DNA from: a virus
Lineage: Duplodnaviria; Caudoviricetes
IMG/VR virus record: IMGVR_UViG_3300025450_001231
DNA length: 64,000 bases
Direction: 5' to 3' (one strand)
Positions 19,143 to 28,905 of the stretch are shown here, in pieces. Made by a program: the position numbers and the translations under genes. How positions within the stretch are numbered: position 1 is the first letter of the stretch; the number at the start of each line of letters is the position of its first letter. The notes under the pieces were generated by a model. It worked only from the letters and a program-made list of their open reading frames with translations, searched no databases and was not told where the DNA came from.

Positions 19143-20708
19143 ATGTCAAAGCCTACCGAAAATGCTCTTGTTAAGAAACCCAATACCCGGGAAACTTATA
19201 CTGAGCAAGAAATAAGAGAAATTGCAAAGTGTGCAGATCCAGTCACTGGACCGCATCACTTTTTGAACAATTACTTTTACATTCAGCATCCTACCAAAGG
19301 ACGAATGAAATATCAGCCTTTTGAGTATCAAGAACGATTGGTGGACACTTATCACAACTATAGATACAGTATCAATTTGATGCCACGACAAACTGGTAAA
19401 TCAACAACTGCGGCCGGTTACTTGTTATGGTATGCGATGTTTGTGCCCGACAGTACCATTTTGGTAGCTGCACACAAATACACAGGTTCACAAGAGATTA
19501 TGCAACGTATTCGTTATGCGTATGAAAGTGTACCAGATTTTATTCGTGCTGGTGTTACCAGTTACAACAAAGGTAGTATAGACTTTGACACAGGATCCCG
19601 CATAGTCAGTGCCACAACAACAGAAAATACCGGTCGTGGTATGTCTATATCCTTATTGTACTGTGATGAGTTTGCGTTCGTTCGACCTACTATTGCTAGT
19701 GAATTTTGGACTTCAATTTCGCCAACATTGGCGACTGGCGGTAAGTGTATTATTACAAGTACCCCAAACAGTGATGAAGATCAGTTTGCACAAATTTGGC
19801 GTCAGGCCAATAAACGCATAGACGAGTACGGTAACGAAACAGAATTAGGTGTTAATGGATTCAAAGCATTCCGTAGCTATTGGCAAGAGCATCCAGACCG
19901 TGATGAAACTTGGGCTGCAGAAATGTTGGCACAGTTAGGTGAAGATCGTTTCCGCCGTGAAATGAACTGCGAATTTATTATTTTCGACGAAACACTTATT
20001 AGTCCAACAGTATTGGTTGAGATGTCAGGTATAGATCCTATACAAAAACAAGGACAAGTACGTTGGTACTCTAAACCACAACCCGGAAAAACTTACTTGG
20101 TTGGATTAGATCCCAGTTTAGGCACAGGCGGCGACCCTGCTGCTATACAGATACTGGAATTGCCTAGTATGCATCAAGTTGGTGAATGGCAACACAACCG
20201 TACGCCTATACCGCAACAGGTAAAGATACTGACCGAAATAACTCGTTATATAAGTGAAGCAATTGACTCTAACAATGATGTTTACTATAGTGTAGAAAAT
20301 AACACAATCGGCGAAGCAGCATTAATTGCTATCGCCGAAGCAGGAGAAGAAAATATTCGTGGTATCTTTTTAAGCGAACCCAATCGTGCCGGGACTGGCA
20401 GACGATATCGCAAGGGATTTAATACTACTGCCAATAGTAAATTATCAGCTTGTGCTAAACTAAAGAGTCTAGTAGAAACAAAACGTCTGCGTATAGCCAG
20501 TAAAGCTTTGGTATCAGAGTTAAAGACCTTTGTAGCATCGGGTAATAGTTATAAAGCAAAAATAGGCGAAACAGACGATCTAGTAATGGCCATGATACTA
20601 GTGGTTCGTATGGCTATGTTCTTGCGTGAATTTGACGCAGATTTGGATAGTAAACTCAATGATTCAGTGGATGATGTAATTATGCCTATGCCCTTTATCA
20701 TGATGTAA
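19143..20708 (+). CDS. gp17: Terminase large subunit (gp17-like)
   Basis: PRQTGKST Walker A, LLYCDEFAF Walker B, GLDPSLGTGGD RNase H-like nuclease, DDLVMA. Confidence 0.95.
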   Translation: MSKPTENALVKKPNTRETYTEQEIREIAKCADPVTGPHHFLNNYFYIQHPTKGRMKYQPFEYQERLVDTYHNYRYSINLMPRQTGKSTTAAGYLLWYAMFVPDSTILVAAHKYTGSQEIMQRIRYAYESVPDFIRAGVTSYNKGSIDFDTGSRIVSATTTENTGRGMSISLLYCDEFAFVRPTIASEFWTSISPTLATGGKCIITSTPNSDEDQFAQIWRQANKRIDEYGNETELGVNGFKAFRSYWQEHPDRDETWAAEMLAQLGEDRFRREMNCEFIIFDETLISPTVLVEMSGIDPIQKQGQVRWYSKPQPGKTYLVGLDPSLGTGGDPAAIQILELPSMHQVGEWQHNRTPIPQQVKILTEITRYISEAIDSNNDVYYSVENNTIGEAALIAIAEAGEENIRGIFLSEPNRAGTGRRYRKGFNTTANSKLSACAKLKSLVETKRLRIASKALVSELKTFVASGNSYKAKIGETDDLVMAMILVVRMAMFLREFDADLDSKLNDSVDDVIMPMPFIMM

Positions 20709-20725
20709 TCGATAAATACTTAACT

Positions 20726-22105
20726 ATGATAGAAATTGATAAAATTGCTGAAAACTTATTTGACAAAATAAGAACTCGTTTCCCCGCTATTAGAATTGGT
20801 GACGAAAACGCTAAAAGTACTCGCGATCCTAGCAAAGCTCGTTTCTTTAACTTTGACTTTACAATAGATGGCGAATCATTCGGTAATATTACTATCAGTT
20901 TAGTTGATTCACAAAATCTTAAGATCTACTTTGACAAAGAAATAGATCAGAAAATGCCCGACGAAGTTAAAAATCAATGGTATGCTTTCTTGAAGAACAT
21001 TAGATTCTTTGCTAAATCAAATTTGTTGAGTTTTGATGTACGTGACATTGCTAAACCCAGATTAGGTATCGACGACTTAAAACACGCAAATAAAAATGCT
21101 GATGTTATTGACAAAGACGATATCGAAATTAACGAAAGCAAAATGTACGGTACAAGTCGTAGCAGTTACCAGAAAATGGAAAGTGTACGAATTATCGCTC
21201 GCCACAGTAAACAAGTGGACGAAGAACAACGAGGTGCAAGAAGCAGAAATATAAATGCCATCTACATCGAGAACCAATTGGGCGAGCGATTCAGATTGCC
21301 TGAAGGAACTACCTTACCTACTGCAAGAGTATATGCTCGTCATATTAAAAATGGCGGACAACTAAACGATGATTTTGGACAACACATTGGCAAGATCATC
21401 AAAGAAATGGCAGACTTAAAATTGTTTGTGCGTAATATGCGTGGCCGCGTATTTGAAGATGCAGAAACAAATGGTATGGTTCAGGCCGCGATAGATCATT
21501 ACGGCAGCTTACACAGTGACTTGTTTAGTTTGCGTGGCCAAAAAGGCTACGAACAATATCGTGCACTTTGGCAACCAGAATTAAACGAAGACGAAGAATT
21601 TGATTTAGATGAATTAAAGGAACGTTTTGTTAAACGTGTATTTGATGATCGTATGATGGATGCATTGCCAGTTGTTCATCGTGCTTACAATAAACAAAAG
21701 AATTTGATTGGCGAAGAATTTGAATCTTGGGCCAACGAAATGACCAGCGATATCGACGGTGACGAAGATGAAGACCCGTTTGCTAATAGCTTAGATGGTA
21801 ATGCCATTGACGATGATGATGAAAATGATGCAATCAGTGAGTTGTTGCAAAATAATCAATTTGAGTTTAGCTTTATGGACGGTACTTATTGGTTCGAAAG
21901 CGGGGAAGAATTGGAGCGTGCCAAAGATATTATGGCTGCCGAAGATCCGCACATGAAATGGCCAAGTATGGGTGTGCAAGATCCTACCAAAGGTACAGAA
22001 GCTGTTTATGGTTCCAGTACATTTGATCGCGAATCCGGATCACACGGTGTTATGGAAACCACAGATGAACTCAGCTTGTTCAAAAGTCTTGCTGGTATAA
22101 AATAA
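20726..22105 (+). CDS. Hypothetical late protein (459 aa)
   Basis: Late motif upstream; acidic C-terminus. Confidence 0.6.
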   Translation: MIEIDKIAENLFDKIRTRFPAIRIGDENAKSTRDPSKARFFNFDFTIDGESFGNITISLVDSQNLKIYFDKEIDQKMPDEVKNQWYAFLKNIRFFAKSNLLSFDVRDIAKPRLGIDDLKHANKNADVIDKDDIEINESKMYGTSRSSYQKMESVRIIARHSKQVDEEQRGARSRNINAIYIENQLGERFRLPEGTTLPTARVYARHIKNGGQLNDDFGQHIGKIIKEMADLKLFVRNMRGRVFEDAETNGMVQAAIDHYGSLHSDLFSLRGQKGYEQYRALWQPELNEDEEFDLDELKERFVKRVFDDRMMDALPVVHRAYNKQKNLIGEEFESWANEMTSDIDGDEDEDPFANSLDGNAIDDDDENDAISELLQNNQFEFSFMDGTYWFESGEELERAKDIMAAEDPHMKWPSMGVQDPTKGTEAVYGSSTFDRESGSHGVMETTDELSLFKSLAGIK

Positions 22106-22122
22106 ATTAAACTAATTCAACC

Positions 22123-22148
22123 AAAGGACAGAAATTCTGTCCTTTTTT
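22123..22148 (+). terminator. Intrinsic terminator
   Basis: AAAGGACAG-AAATT-CTGTCCTTTTTT. Confidence 0.85.
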
Positions 22149-22238
22149 GTTGACTGCATAAATAAATGTGTTATACTATTCAAATGCGTAGTATATCTAA
22201 GCAAAAACAAAGACCATCTTAAATTATAGGAGAACATT

Positions 22239-23240
22239 ATGGCAACATCTTTAGCAGAAATTCGTGCAAAATTACAAGCACAAGAGACACGTGGTAGTAA
22301 CAACCAATCAGGTGGAGACAATGGCATTTACGCCCATTGGAACATTCCCGAAAATACAACAGCTCGTATTAGATTCCTTCCAGACGCAAACGCAAGTAAC
22401 AGTTTTTTCTGGGTTGAAAGACTCATGATTAAATTGCCATTTGCTGGCATCAAAGGACAAGCGGATAGTAAACCAACTTTTGTACAAGTTCCTTGCGTTG
22501 AGATGTGGGGCGAAGCTTGCCCAATCTTGGCAGAAGTTCGTACTTGGTTTAAGGATTCTTCATTGGAAGAAATGGGTCGTAAGTATTGGAAGAAAAAATC
22601 TTATTTGTTCCAAGGCTTTGTAAGAGATAATCCTATCTCCGATGAAAAGGCTACAGACAATCCAATCCGTAGATTTGTTATCAGTCCACAAATTTTTAAC
22701 ATTGTTAAAAATGCGTTGATGGATCCAGAATTGGAAAACTTGCCAACAGACTACGAAGGCGGACTTGACTTTAACGTTAAGAAAACCAGCAAAGGCGGTT
22801 ATGCTGATTATTCAACTTCTAGTTGGGCACGTAGAGAAAGTGCATTGACTACTGATGAATTGAAAGCAGTTGAACAATTTGGTTTGTACAACTTGGCTGA
22901 TTTCTTACCCAAGAAACCCAGTGATGCTGAGCTTAAAATCATCAAAGAAATGTTTGAAGCAAGCGTTGATGGCGAAGCATATGATCCAGATCGTTGGGCC
23001 AACTATTACAAGCCAGCAGGTTTGAATAGTGCAGGTAATTCAGCTGCACCAGCAGCAACACCAGTTGCGGCACCTGCCCCAGTAGCAAAAGCTGCACCTG
23101 CTCCAGTAGCAGAGTCAGATGATGCTCCGTTTGATGCAGACGATGTAGTGGCAGAAGCAGTTGCTCCAGTAACAGCTGCCAAACCCAGTAGCCAACGTGC
23201 AGAAGACATTTTGGCAATGATCAGAAACCGTAAACAGTAA
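22239..23240 (+). CDS. gp32: Single-stranded DNA-binding protein (gp32-like)
   Basis: ARIRFLPD, CPILAEVRTWFK, KYWKKKSY, GLDFNVKKTSKGGYADYSTS; Ala/Pro-rich tail. Confidence 0.85.
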   Translation: MATSLAEIRAKLQAQETRGSNNQSGGDNGIYAHWNIPENTTARIRFLPDANASNSFFWVERLMIKLPFAGIKGQADSKPTFVQVPCVEMWGEACPILAEVRTWFKDSSLEEMGRKYWKKKSYLFQGFVRDNPISDEKATDNPIRRFVISPQIFNIVKNALMDPELENLPTDYEGGLDFNVKKTSKGGYADYSTSSWARRESALTTDELKAVEQFGLYNLADFLPKKPSDAELKIIKEMFEASVDGEAYDPDRWANYYKPAGLNSAGNSAAPAATPVAAPAPVAKAAPAPVAESDDAPFDADDVVAEAVAPVTAAKPSSQRAEDILAMIRNRKQ

Positions 23241-23306
23241 TTAGCTGTGCTTGTGTCAGGACAGGGCTCACGGTCCCTGTCCAATTTTCAATGAAAGAAC
23301 AATAAT

Positions 23307-24380
23307 ATGGCTAAGCCTTTCGACATTTCCAAATTTAGAAAAAATATCACAAAATCAATTGATGGTATTAGTATGGGATTTAATGATCCTACCGATTGGA
23401 TCAGTACCAACAACTATGCATTAAACTATCTTATCAGTGGAGACTTCCATAAAGGAATTCCAATGGGTAAGGTTACAGTTTTTGCAGGAGAATCCGGAGC
23501 AGGTAAAAGTTTTATCTGTAGCGGTAATTTAATTAAAAATGCGCAAGAACAAGGAATTTATCCTATCTTGATTGATACAGAAAACGCATTAGATGAAAAA
23601 TGGTTACACGCATTAGGCGTTGATACCAGCGAAGATAAGTTGCTTAAACTCAATATGGCAATGATTGATGATGTGGCTAAAATGATTACAGAGTTTGTTA
23701 AAGAGTATAAAACACTTCCAGAAACAGATCGTCCAAAAGTTTTGATTGTGTTGGACAGTTTAGGTATGCTATTGACTCCAACTGATGTTAACCAGTTTGA
23801 AGCAGGTGACTTAAAAGGTGATATGGGCCGTAAGCCTAAAGCACTCACTGCATTGGTTCGTAACTGTGTTAATATGTTTGGTAGTTTGAATATCGGCCTA
23901 GTAGCAACTAACCACACTTATGCAAGTCAAGATATGTTTGACCCAGATGACAAGATTTCAGGTGGTCAAGGCTTTATCTATGCCAGCAGTATCGTAGTTG
24001 CTATGCGTAAGTTAAAGCTCAAAGAGGACGAAGATGGTAACAAAGTAAGTGAAGTAAAAGGTATTCGTGCTGCTTGTAAGATTATGAAAACCCGTTATGC
24101 CAAACCTTTTGAATCAGTACAAGTTAAAATCCCTTACGAAACAGGAATGAATCCTTACTCAGGATTGGTTGATATGTTTGAGGGTAAAGGTTTATTGGCA
24201 AAAGAAGGGAATAGTCTTAAATATACACTAGTAGATGGGACAGTTATTAAACAGTTTCGCAAGGCTTGGGAACGTAATGAAGATGGTAGTTTAGATCGTG
24301 TAATGGCCGACTTTACTGCACATCCGCATCAAACACAAACTGAAGAAGCTGTACAACCTGAAGAGGAATCAGTAGAATGA
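23307..24380 (+). CDS. uvsX: RecA/UvsX recombinase
   Basis: AGESGAGKS Walker A, IDTENALD, VLDSLGML, TNHTY, SGGQGFIYASS. Confidence 0.95.
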   Translation: MAKPFDISKFRKNITKSIDGISMGFNDPTDWISTNNYALNYLISGDFHKGIPMGKVTVFAGESGAGKSFICSGNLIKNAQEQGIYPILIDTENALDEKWLHALGVDTSEDKLLKLNMAMIDDVAKMITEFVKEYKTLPETDRPKVLIVLDSLGMLLTPTDVNQFEAGDLKGDMGRKPKALTALVRNCVNMFGSLNIGLVATNHTYASQDMFDPDDKISGGQGFIYASSIVVAMRKLKLKEDEDGNKVSEVKGIRAACKIMKTRYAKPFESVQVKIPYETGMNPYSGLVDMFEGKGLLAKEGNSLKYTLVDGTVIKQFRKAWERNEDGSLDRVMADFTAHPHQTQTEEAVQPEEESVE

Positions 24381-24601
24381 CAATCGAAGTAGATGTATTA
24401 GGCGAAGTATACAGCACACTAAAGCAGTATATTCCACAAAAAGACCGTCAAGAGGCCAGTGATAATCTTATGAGTATTCTTGTTGACTTTTTAAGCGACA
24501 AGGATCTTAAAGATTTTGGTGGTACAGACTCGTATACTAAGAAAAGCTTTGAAGAATACGCCGATGGCGATGACGAAGATTACGAAGACTACGAAGAATA
24601 A
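24377..24601 (+). CDS. Hypothetical acidic protein (74 aa)
   Basis: ATGA overlap with uvsX. Confidence 0.6.
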   Translation: MTIEVDVLGEVYSTLKQYIPQKDRQEASDNLMSILVDFLSDKDLKDFGGTDSYTKKSFEEYADGDDEDYEDYEE

Positions 24602-24603
24602 CC

Positions 24604-25056
24604 ATGTGGTACAACAAAGTTGTTGCCGACTTGGGAAATATTCCCGCCTTCATTGACTATTACGAAAACGAGCTAATCGAAGCCAAATACGATTGCTCGG
24701 TTAAAGGTCACTTGGAAAAAAATATTGCAGCTTTGCCTGGTATAACTGAACAGAGATTTAATCAGCTTCAAGAAATTGAAGCTGTATTAAACTTTTTGAA
24801 TATTCAATTACGAAAGATTCGTAAGAAACACTTTCAAAAATACCTTGAAGGCTATGCCCGAGCACTTACAAGTCGCGATGCTGAAAAGTATGTAGACGGC
24901 GAAGATGAAGTCATTGACTTTGAAACTATTATCAACGAAGTAGCACTGATTAGAAACAAATGGCTGGGCTTAATGAAGGGTCTTGAAAGCAAGAACTTTA
25001 TGATAGGTCACGTTGCTCGACTCAGAACTGCAGGTATGGAAGATATTACACTATAA
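24604..25056 (+). CDS. uvsY: Recombination mediator UvsY-like
   Basis: Helical; ALTSRDAEKYVDGE...KGLESKNFMI; recombination gene context. Confidence 0.75.
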   Translation: MWYNKVVADLGNIPAFIDYYENELIEAKYDCSVKGHLEKNIAALPGITEQRFNQLQEIEAVLNFLNIQLRKIRKKHFQKYLEGYARALTSRDAEKYVDGEDEVIDFETIINEVALIRNKWLGLMKGLESKNFMIGHVARLRTAGMEDITL

Positions 25057-25064
25057 GTAATAAT

Positions 25065-25844
25065 ATGAAAATAGTATTATGCACCGGGGGGTTTGACCCA
25101 GTCCACAGTGGACATATCAAATTACTTAAAGCTTCAAAAACATTGGGCGATATGCTGATCGTAGGAATTAATTCCGATGCTTGGCTTGAGCGTAAAAAAG
25201 GTCGGGCATTTATGCCATTCCAAGAGCGAGCCTGTATAATTGATAATCTATCAATGGTTGATTATGTAATCAACTTTAGCGATGACGATAATACTGCTTG
25301 TGATGCTATTCGTAAAGTTCGTGCTGAATATCCCGACGCTGAAATTATTTTTGCAAACGGCGGAGACCGTACTAAAGAAAACATTCCTGAAATGATTTTC
25401 GACGATGTAGAATTTGTATTTGGAGTAGGTGGAGAAGACAAAGCCAACAGCAGTAGTTGGATATTACAAGAATGGAAAGCACCCAAAACAAATCGTACTT
25501 GGGGATACTATCGAGTACTGCACGAAAATGGCAAGCAAGTTAAACTTAAAGAATTAACTGTAGCTCCGGGAAAATATTTAAGTATGCAACGTCACAGTGA
25601 CCGTGCGGAACATTGGTTCGTAGCAGAAGGTACTGCCACAGTATATACTGTCAATCGCAGTACAGATACAGAACTATTGGGAGTGTTTGATACATTTGAA
25701 CACATACATATCAATCGTACTGAATGGCACCAGTTGGCCAATGAGACCAGTGCACCATTAAAGATTATCGAGATTCAATACGGTGAGAATTGTGTTGAAG
25801 AAGATATCGAACGTATATCAATGTCAGTGGCTACCGGGCATTAA
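25065..25844 (+). CDS. Cytidylyltransferase-like (HxGH) domain fused to mannose-6-phosphate isomerase type II cupin
   Basis: TGGFDPVHSGH, FANGGDR, KANSSS; then RTWGYYRVL...LSMQRHSDRAEHWFV. Confidence 0.85.
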   Translation: MKIVLCTGGFDPVHSGHIKLLKASKTLGDMLIVGINSDAWLERKKGRAFMPFQERACIIDNLSMVDYVINFSDDDNTACDAIRKVRAEYPDAEIIFANGGDRTKENIPEMIFDDVEFVFGVGGEDKANSSSWILQEWKAPKTNRTWGYYRVLHENGKQVKLKELTVAPGKYLSMQRHSDRAEHWFVAEGTATVYTVNRSTDTELLGVFDTFEHIHINRTEWHQLANETSAPLKIIEIQYGENCVEEDIERISMSVATGH

Positions 25845-26396
25845 TAAGCCAAACATTTCTTCTTGACTCTGTAGGATTAATCTATATAAGTTGCGATGCT
25901 TAAATGCATACTCTTGTCCTACGCTAGTCAATGTTGCAGGAGGCAATTTGCAACGACTTTCAGTCTCAGTACCACTGGTAAAGTTCTTAACTTCGAGACT
26001 ATGCTTTTCACATAAGTGGCGAATGGCCTTGTTCCAAGTCAAACAATGCATAAACAAATGACTGTAGCCTCTGTTACGTGCCCACACAATTGCTTCTTCC
26101 ATCAATTGATCTGCAATACCTTGTTTGCGATTGGCACCGTTAACAATAATACCAAATTCAACTTCTGTTTCGTTGACTACTGCAATATGTACTGCACCAA
26201 TCCATACTTTATTTCTTTCGGCAACTAAAAAATAGTTTTGCTCGGGATTCTTTACAAATCCTTCTACCAAGTGATCAATAAAGTAATCAGTTACAGGCAA
26301 GCCAAAGAACATTCGAATGGTTTCTTCGTCTTGTTCTTTAAGCCAATCTGCGTATAAGTAATATTCAGTTTGTGACAGGAATCTGGTTGTTATCAT
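25824..26396 (-). CDS. GNAT acetyltransferase
   Basis: EFGIIVNGANRKQGIADQLM acetyl-CoA motif A; NKAIRHLCEK. Confidence 0.85.
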   Translation of the reverse strand: MITTRFLSQTEYYLYADWLKEQDEETIRMFFGLPVTDYFIDHLVEGFVKNPEQNYFLVAERNKVWIGAVHIAVVNETEVEFGIIVNGANRKQGIADQLMEEAIVWARNRGYSHLFMHCLTWNKAIRHLCEKHSLEVKNFTSGTETESRCKLPPATLTSVGQEYAFKHRNLYRLILQSQEEMFGLLMPGSH

Positions 26397-26718
26397 AAAA
26401 ATATTTAGTTGAATCTGCAGTCTCTACAATAATACTGCCATAGTCTTTTACTATAGTTAAGTGGTTATCTTGTGCAAAATTTAGTACAAAATCAAACGCC
26501 AACGGTTCGATATCGTTGAGTTTAGTGTCTAAAATAACACATTTGATCTGATCTATTACCGTAGGCATAACATACACTGAATAACCTGGATTTTTAATGT
26601 TAGTGATCTTTTGTGCATTAGGGCGATAATGTGCTACAACCGAACACAGTCTATCACTCCAATCACTGGGCCTAAAAATTGCACCAGCAATAGTTATTCC
26701 TTTGATAAGATATTTCAT
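26365..26718 (-). CDS. DUF3579-like protein
   Basis: IKGIT.AGAIFRPSDWSDRLC...EPLAFDFVLNFAQDNHL; start at MKYLIK, coupled to upstream TGA. Confidence 0.75.
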   Translation of the reverse strand: MKYLIKGITIAGAIFRPSDWSDRLCSVVAHYRPNAQKITNIKNPGYSVYVMPTVIDQIKCVILDTKLNDIEPLAFDFVLNFAQDNHLTIVKDYGSIIVETADSTKYFYDNNQIPVTN

Positions 26719-26819
26719 GCTGATGCTATAGTATATGCTAACACTAAAATAAGACAAGTGATTGCAAATTTAACACCAAATTCTTCAATTTGACTGATTT
26801 TGTTGATTGCTTGAATCAT
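26715..26819 (-). CDS. Micro-ORF, 34 aa, C-terminal hydrophobic helix
   Basis: MIQAINKISQIEEFGVKFAITCLILVLAYTIASA; ATGA overlap with downstream gene. Confidence 0.55.
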   Translation of the reverse strand: MIQAINKISQIEEFGVKFAITCLILVLAYTIASA

Positions 26820-26822
26820 TGA

Positions 26823-26927
26823 TTACTTTCCGTTATGCAAACTACTTACCAACTGATCCGCACGAGCTTTACGAGCTTCGATAATAGATTCTAACATTGT
26901 TTTGAAAAAAGATTTAATTGTGTTCAT
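26823..26927 (-). CDS. Micro-ORF, 34 aa amphipathic
   Basis: MNTIKSFFKTMLESIIEARKARADQLVSSLHNGK; AAGGA RBS-like upstream. Confidence 0.55.
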   Translation of the reverse strand: MNTIKSFFKTMLESIIEARKARADQLVSSLHNGK

Positions 26928-26938
26928 AATATTATTCC

Positions 26939-27034
26939 TTATTTTGATAAAACAGTTAATGTTAAACCAAGTGCTAACGCTAATAGTGTATAGGTCAGAA
27001 CTTTCATGGTTGCAACAAATAATTCATCATTCAT
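26939..27034 (-). CDS. Micro-ORF, 31 aa membrane peptide
   Basis: MNDELFVATMKVLTYTLLALALGLTLTVLSK; ATGA overlap with upstream ORF. Confidence 0.5.
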   Translation of the reverse strand: MNDELFVATMKVLTYTLLALALGLTLTVLSK

Positions 27035-27180
27035 ACTAGACCGCCGTATCTTTGTTGATCATAATGACGTAACCAAAATTCAACTTCTGCAGGTGAACTT
27101 GGGTTTTTGCTGGCAATATATGCTTCCATTGCCGTTGGAGTGTTTAATAGTTTTTTAAGTTTATTGATTAAGTGTAACAT
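27031..27180 (-). CDS. Micro-ORF, 49 aa, DUF3563-like
   Basis: MLHLINKLKKLLNTPTAMEAYIASKNPSSPAEVEFWLRHYDQQRYGGLV; AAGGA RBS; EAY.AS...E.E...R pattern. Confidence 0.55.
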   Translation of the reverse strand: MLHLINKLKKLLNTPTAMEAYIASKNPSSPAEVEFWLRHYDQQRYGGLV

Positions 27181-27332
27181 TGTGTGTTTTCCTTGTTATA
27201 GTAAAAACTAATGGTTTCTACTAATAGTATTTATACTGATGTTAGTATAACACAACGATTTATGCATAGCTATTGAATATGGCTAAATCTTTGTGCTATA
27301 ATTTGTTTTTATTAACTAAATAGGATATAACC

Positions 27333-28874
27333 GTGAAAAATATGAGAATTACCGACATCATTACAGAAGATTTGGCAGTGGATGCAAGATATGCAACCAG
27401 AGCAGAGATGAATATTCTTTCCCAAAAGCTATCTGCCCAATTACCAGAGTATAGATTTAGTGTTGAAAAGAAATCTACTAGTGAAGTAATTTATATTCGT
27501 ATTTTTAACGCAGACAAGCAAGCTATCGTTGATTACTTTAGAGCACAAGGTCTTGACCAATTGCCGTTAGAGCCTGAACAAGCAGGCATTAGCGCAAAGT
27601 ATCGCAATAATATTTTAAGTTATCAAACCAGTAGTAGACACATTGAGCCTATTGCTCAAAATAAACAACACAAAGTACCACAAACAAAAACCAATGCACA
27701 AACTGTTATCTATACATTGGTTGTAGCCAGTTCTGGTAAAGAAGAAGAAACTGGTGTTGGTGTTAGCATTAAAGAATTTACTCCTACTAGTTTGGGACTA
27801 GCAGGCCGTAAGTATACAAAAGACACATTGATCCAAGCTGCTCAACAAGCAGTAGCTGAAAAAACCAAAACTCGCAAAGATCTACAACAGATTTTGTTGG
27901 GGCTGATTGATGTTGCAGCCAACGGTGGCAAAGGTACACTACCTCCAGCAGTTAATCAAAATTTAAGCGGTAGAGCACGCAATCAACTTAGCGTGGACTT
28001 TGGTGAAATACTTGCTCCTATACTGATTGCAGAAAATGATCAAGAAATTGAATTCCCTGCAGATGGAAACTTCCCATTGATTGACGTGATTGTCAACAAG
28101 GTTAATTATAGTGTCAAGAGCTTAACAGGTTCGGGTACTAGTTTTCGCAGTATCAGTGATTTAATGGATAACTTTGAAAAGACTGTTGAGAAAGATACTA
28201 AACAAGAAAAATTGTTTGCGTTATTCAAAGGCTACCATCCTAAATCAGGCGGCTCCAACAAAGACAAAATTCTTCGTGCAGCCCAATTGATTCAGGTTCC
28301 AGAACTTAAAAAACTGACATCGTCTTTGGGCAAAAAAATTAGCGGTGACATTAATTTTGAAAATCTTAAAGCCATTTTGGCAAAAGTTGTAGACCCAACT
28401 GACAAAAGTACAGATGCATACACAAAGTTTTTGAATTGGGTTTACCCCAGTATGACTGCCGGCGGTTGGGGAAAACCAGTTGGGCTACCACAAGACGGCA
28501 ATCGCTATATGGGAAACAAGACCAAGACCAAAAGCAAAGACGAAAAAGGTTCAGATGAACCAATCGAAAAAACCGCAGGCTATCCCAGTTTCCGTGCTGA
28601 TCCTCTAGAAGCTGCGGCCAACATAGTAACTTATATGTTGGGAGTTGCAACACTTAACGCAGTCACTCGTGGCCCAGATGCCGACGATTATGCTCATATG
28701 ATGACCAACGTGGTCAACCAAAGTTCAGCGTCTTTGGGAAGATTGGACATAACAGACAGCGGCGGTTTGGTTGTTTCTACCAAGCCATTCAGTGAATTGA
28801 AGTTCAAATTCCAATATCACGCACCAAGTCATTTACCAGGAAATAATTTACCTGGCTTTATGATAGTGTATTGA
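27333..28874 (+). CDS. Putative PD-(D/E)xK-like nuclease with propeptide-like N-terminus
   Basis: DFGEILAP...FPADGNFPLIDVIVNKVNYSVKS (E...D...SxK); MRITDIITE at 27342; late motif at 27316; adjacent methyltransferase. Confidence 0.45.
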   Translation: MKNMRITDIITEDLAVDARYATRAEMNILSQKLSAQLPEYRFSVEKKSTSEVIYIRIFNADKQAIVDYFRAQGLDQLPLEPEQAGISAKYRNNILSYQTSSRHIEPIAQNKQHKVPQTKTNAQTVIYTLVVASSGKEEETGVGVSIKEFTPTSLGLAGRKYTKDTLIQAAQQAVAEKTKTRKDLQQILLGLIDVAANGGKGTLPPAVNQNLSGRARNQLSVDFGEILAPILIAENDQEIEFPADGNFPLIDVIVNKVNYSVKSLTGSGTSFRSISDLMDNFEKTVEKDTKQEKLFALFKGYHPKSGGSNKDKILRAAQLIQVPELKKLTSSLGKKISGDINFENLKAILAKVVDPTDKSTDAYTKFLNWVYPSMTAGGWGKPVGLPQDGNRYMGNKTKTKSKDEKGSDEPIEKTAGYPSFRADPLEAAANIVTYMLGVATLNAVTRGPDADDYAHMMTNVVNQSSASLGRLDITDSGGLVVSTKPFSELKFKFQYHAPSHLPGNNLPGFMIVY

Positions 28875-28899
28875 CATTTAATACAATCTCTGCTATAAT
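28871..28899 (+). promoter_or_regulatory. Sigma70-type early promoter of the methyltransferase
   Basis: TTGACA(28871)-17 nt-TATAAT(28894) with extended TG; ATG at predicted +1. Confidence 0.85.
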
Positions 28900-28905
28900 A
28901 CTCAT

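Noticed and set aside
23259-23282. GGACAGGG/CCCTGTCC hairpin between gp32 and uvsX as a regulatory RNA
   Set aside because: A single hairpin without U-tract or other support; most simply an mRNA stability or processing element
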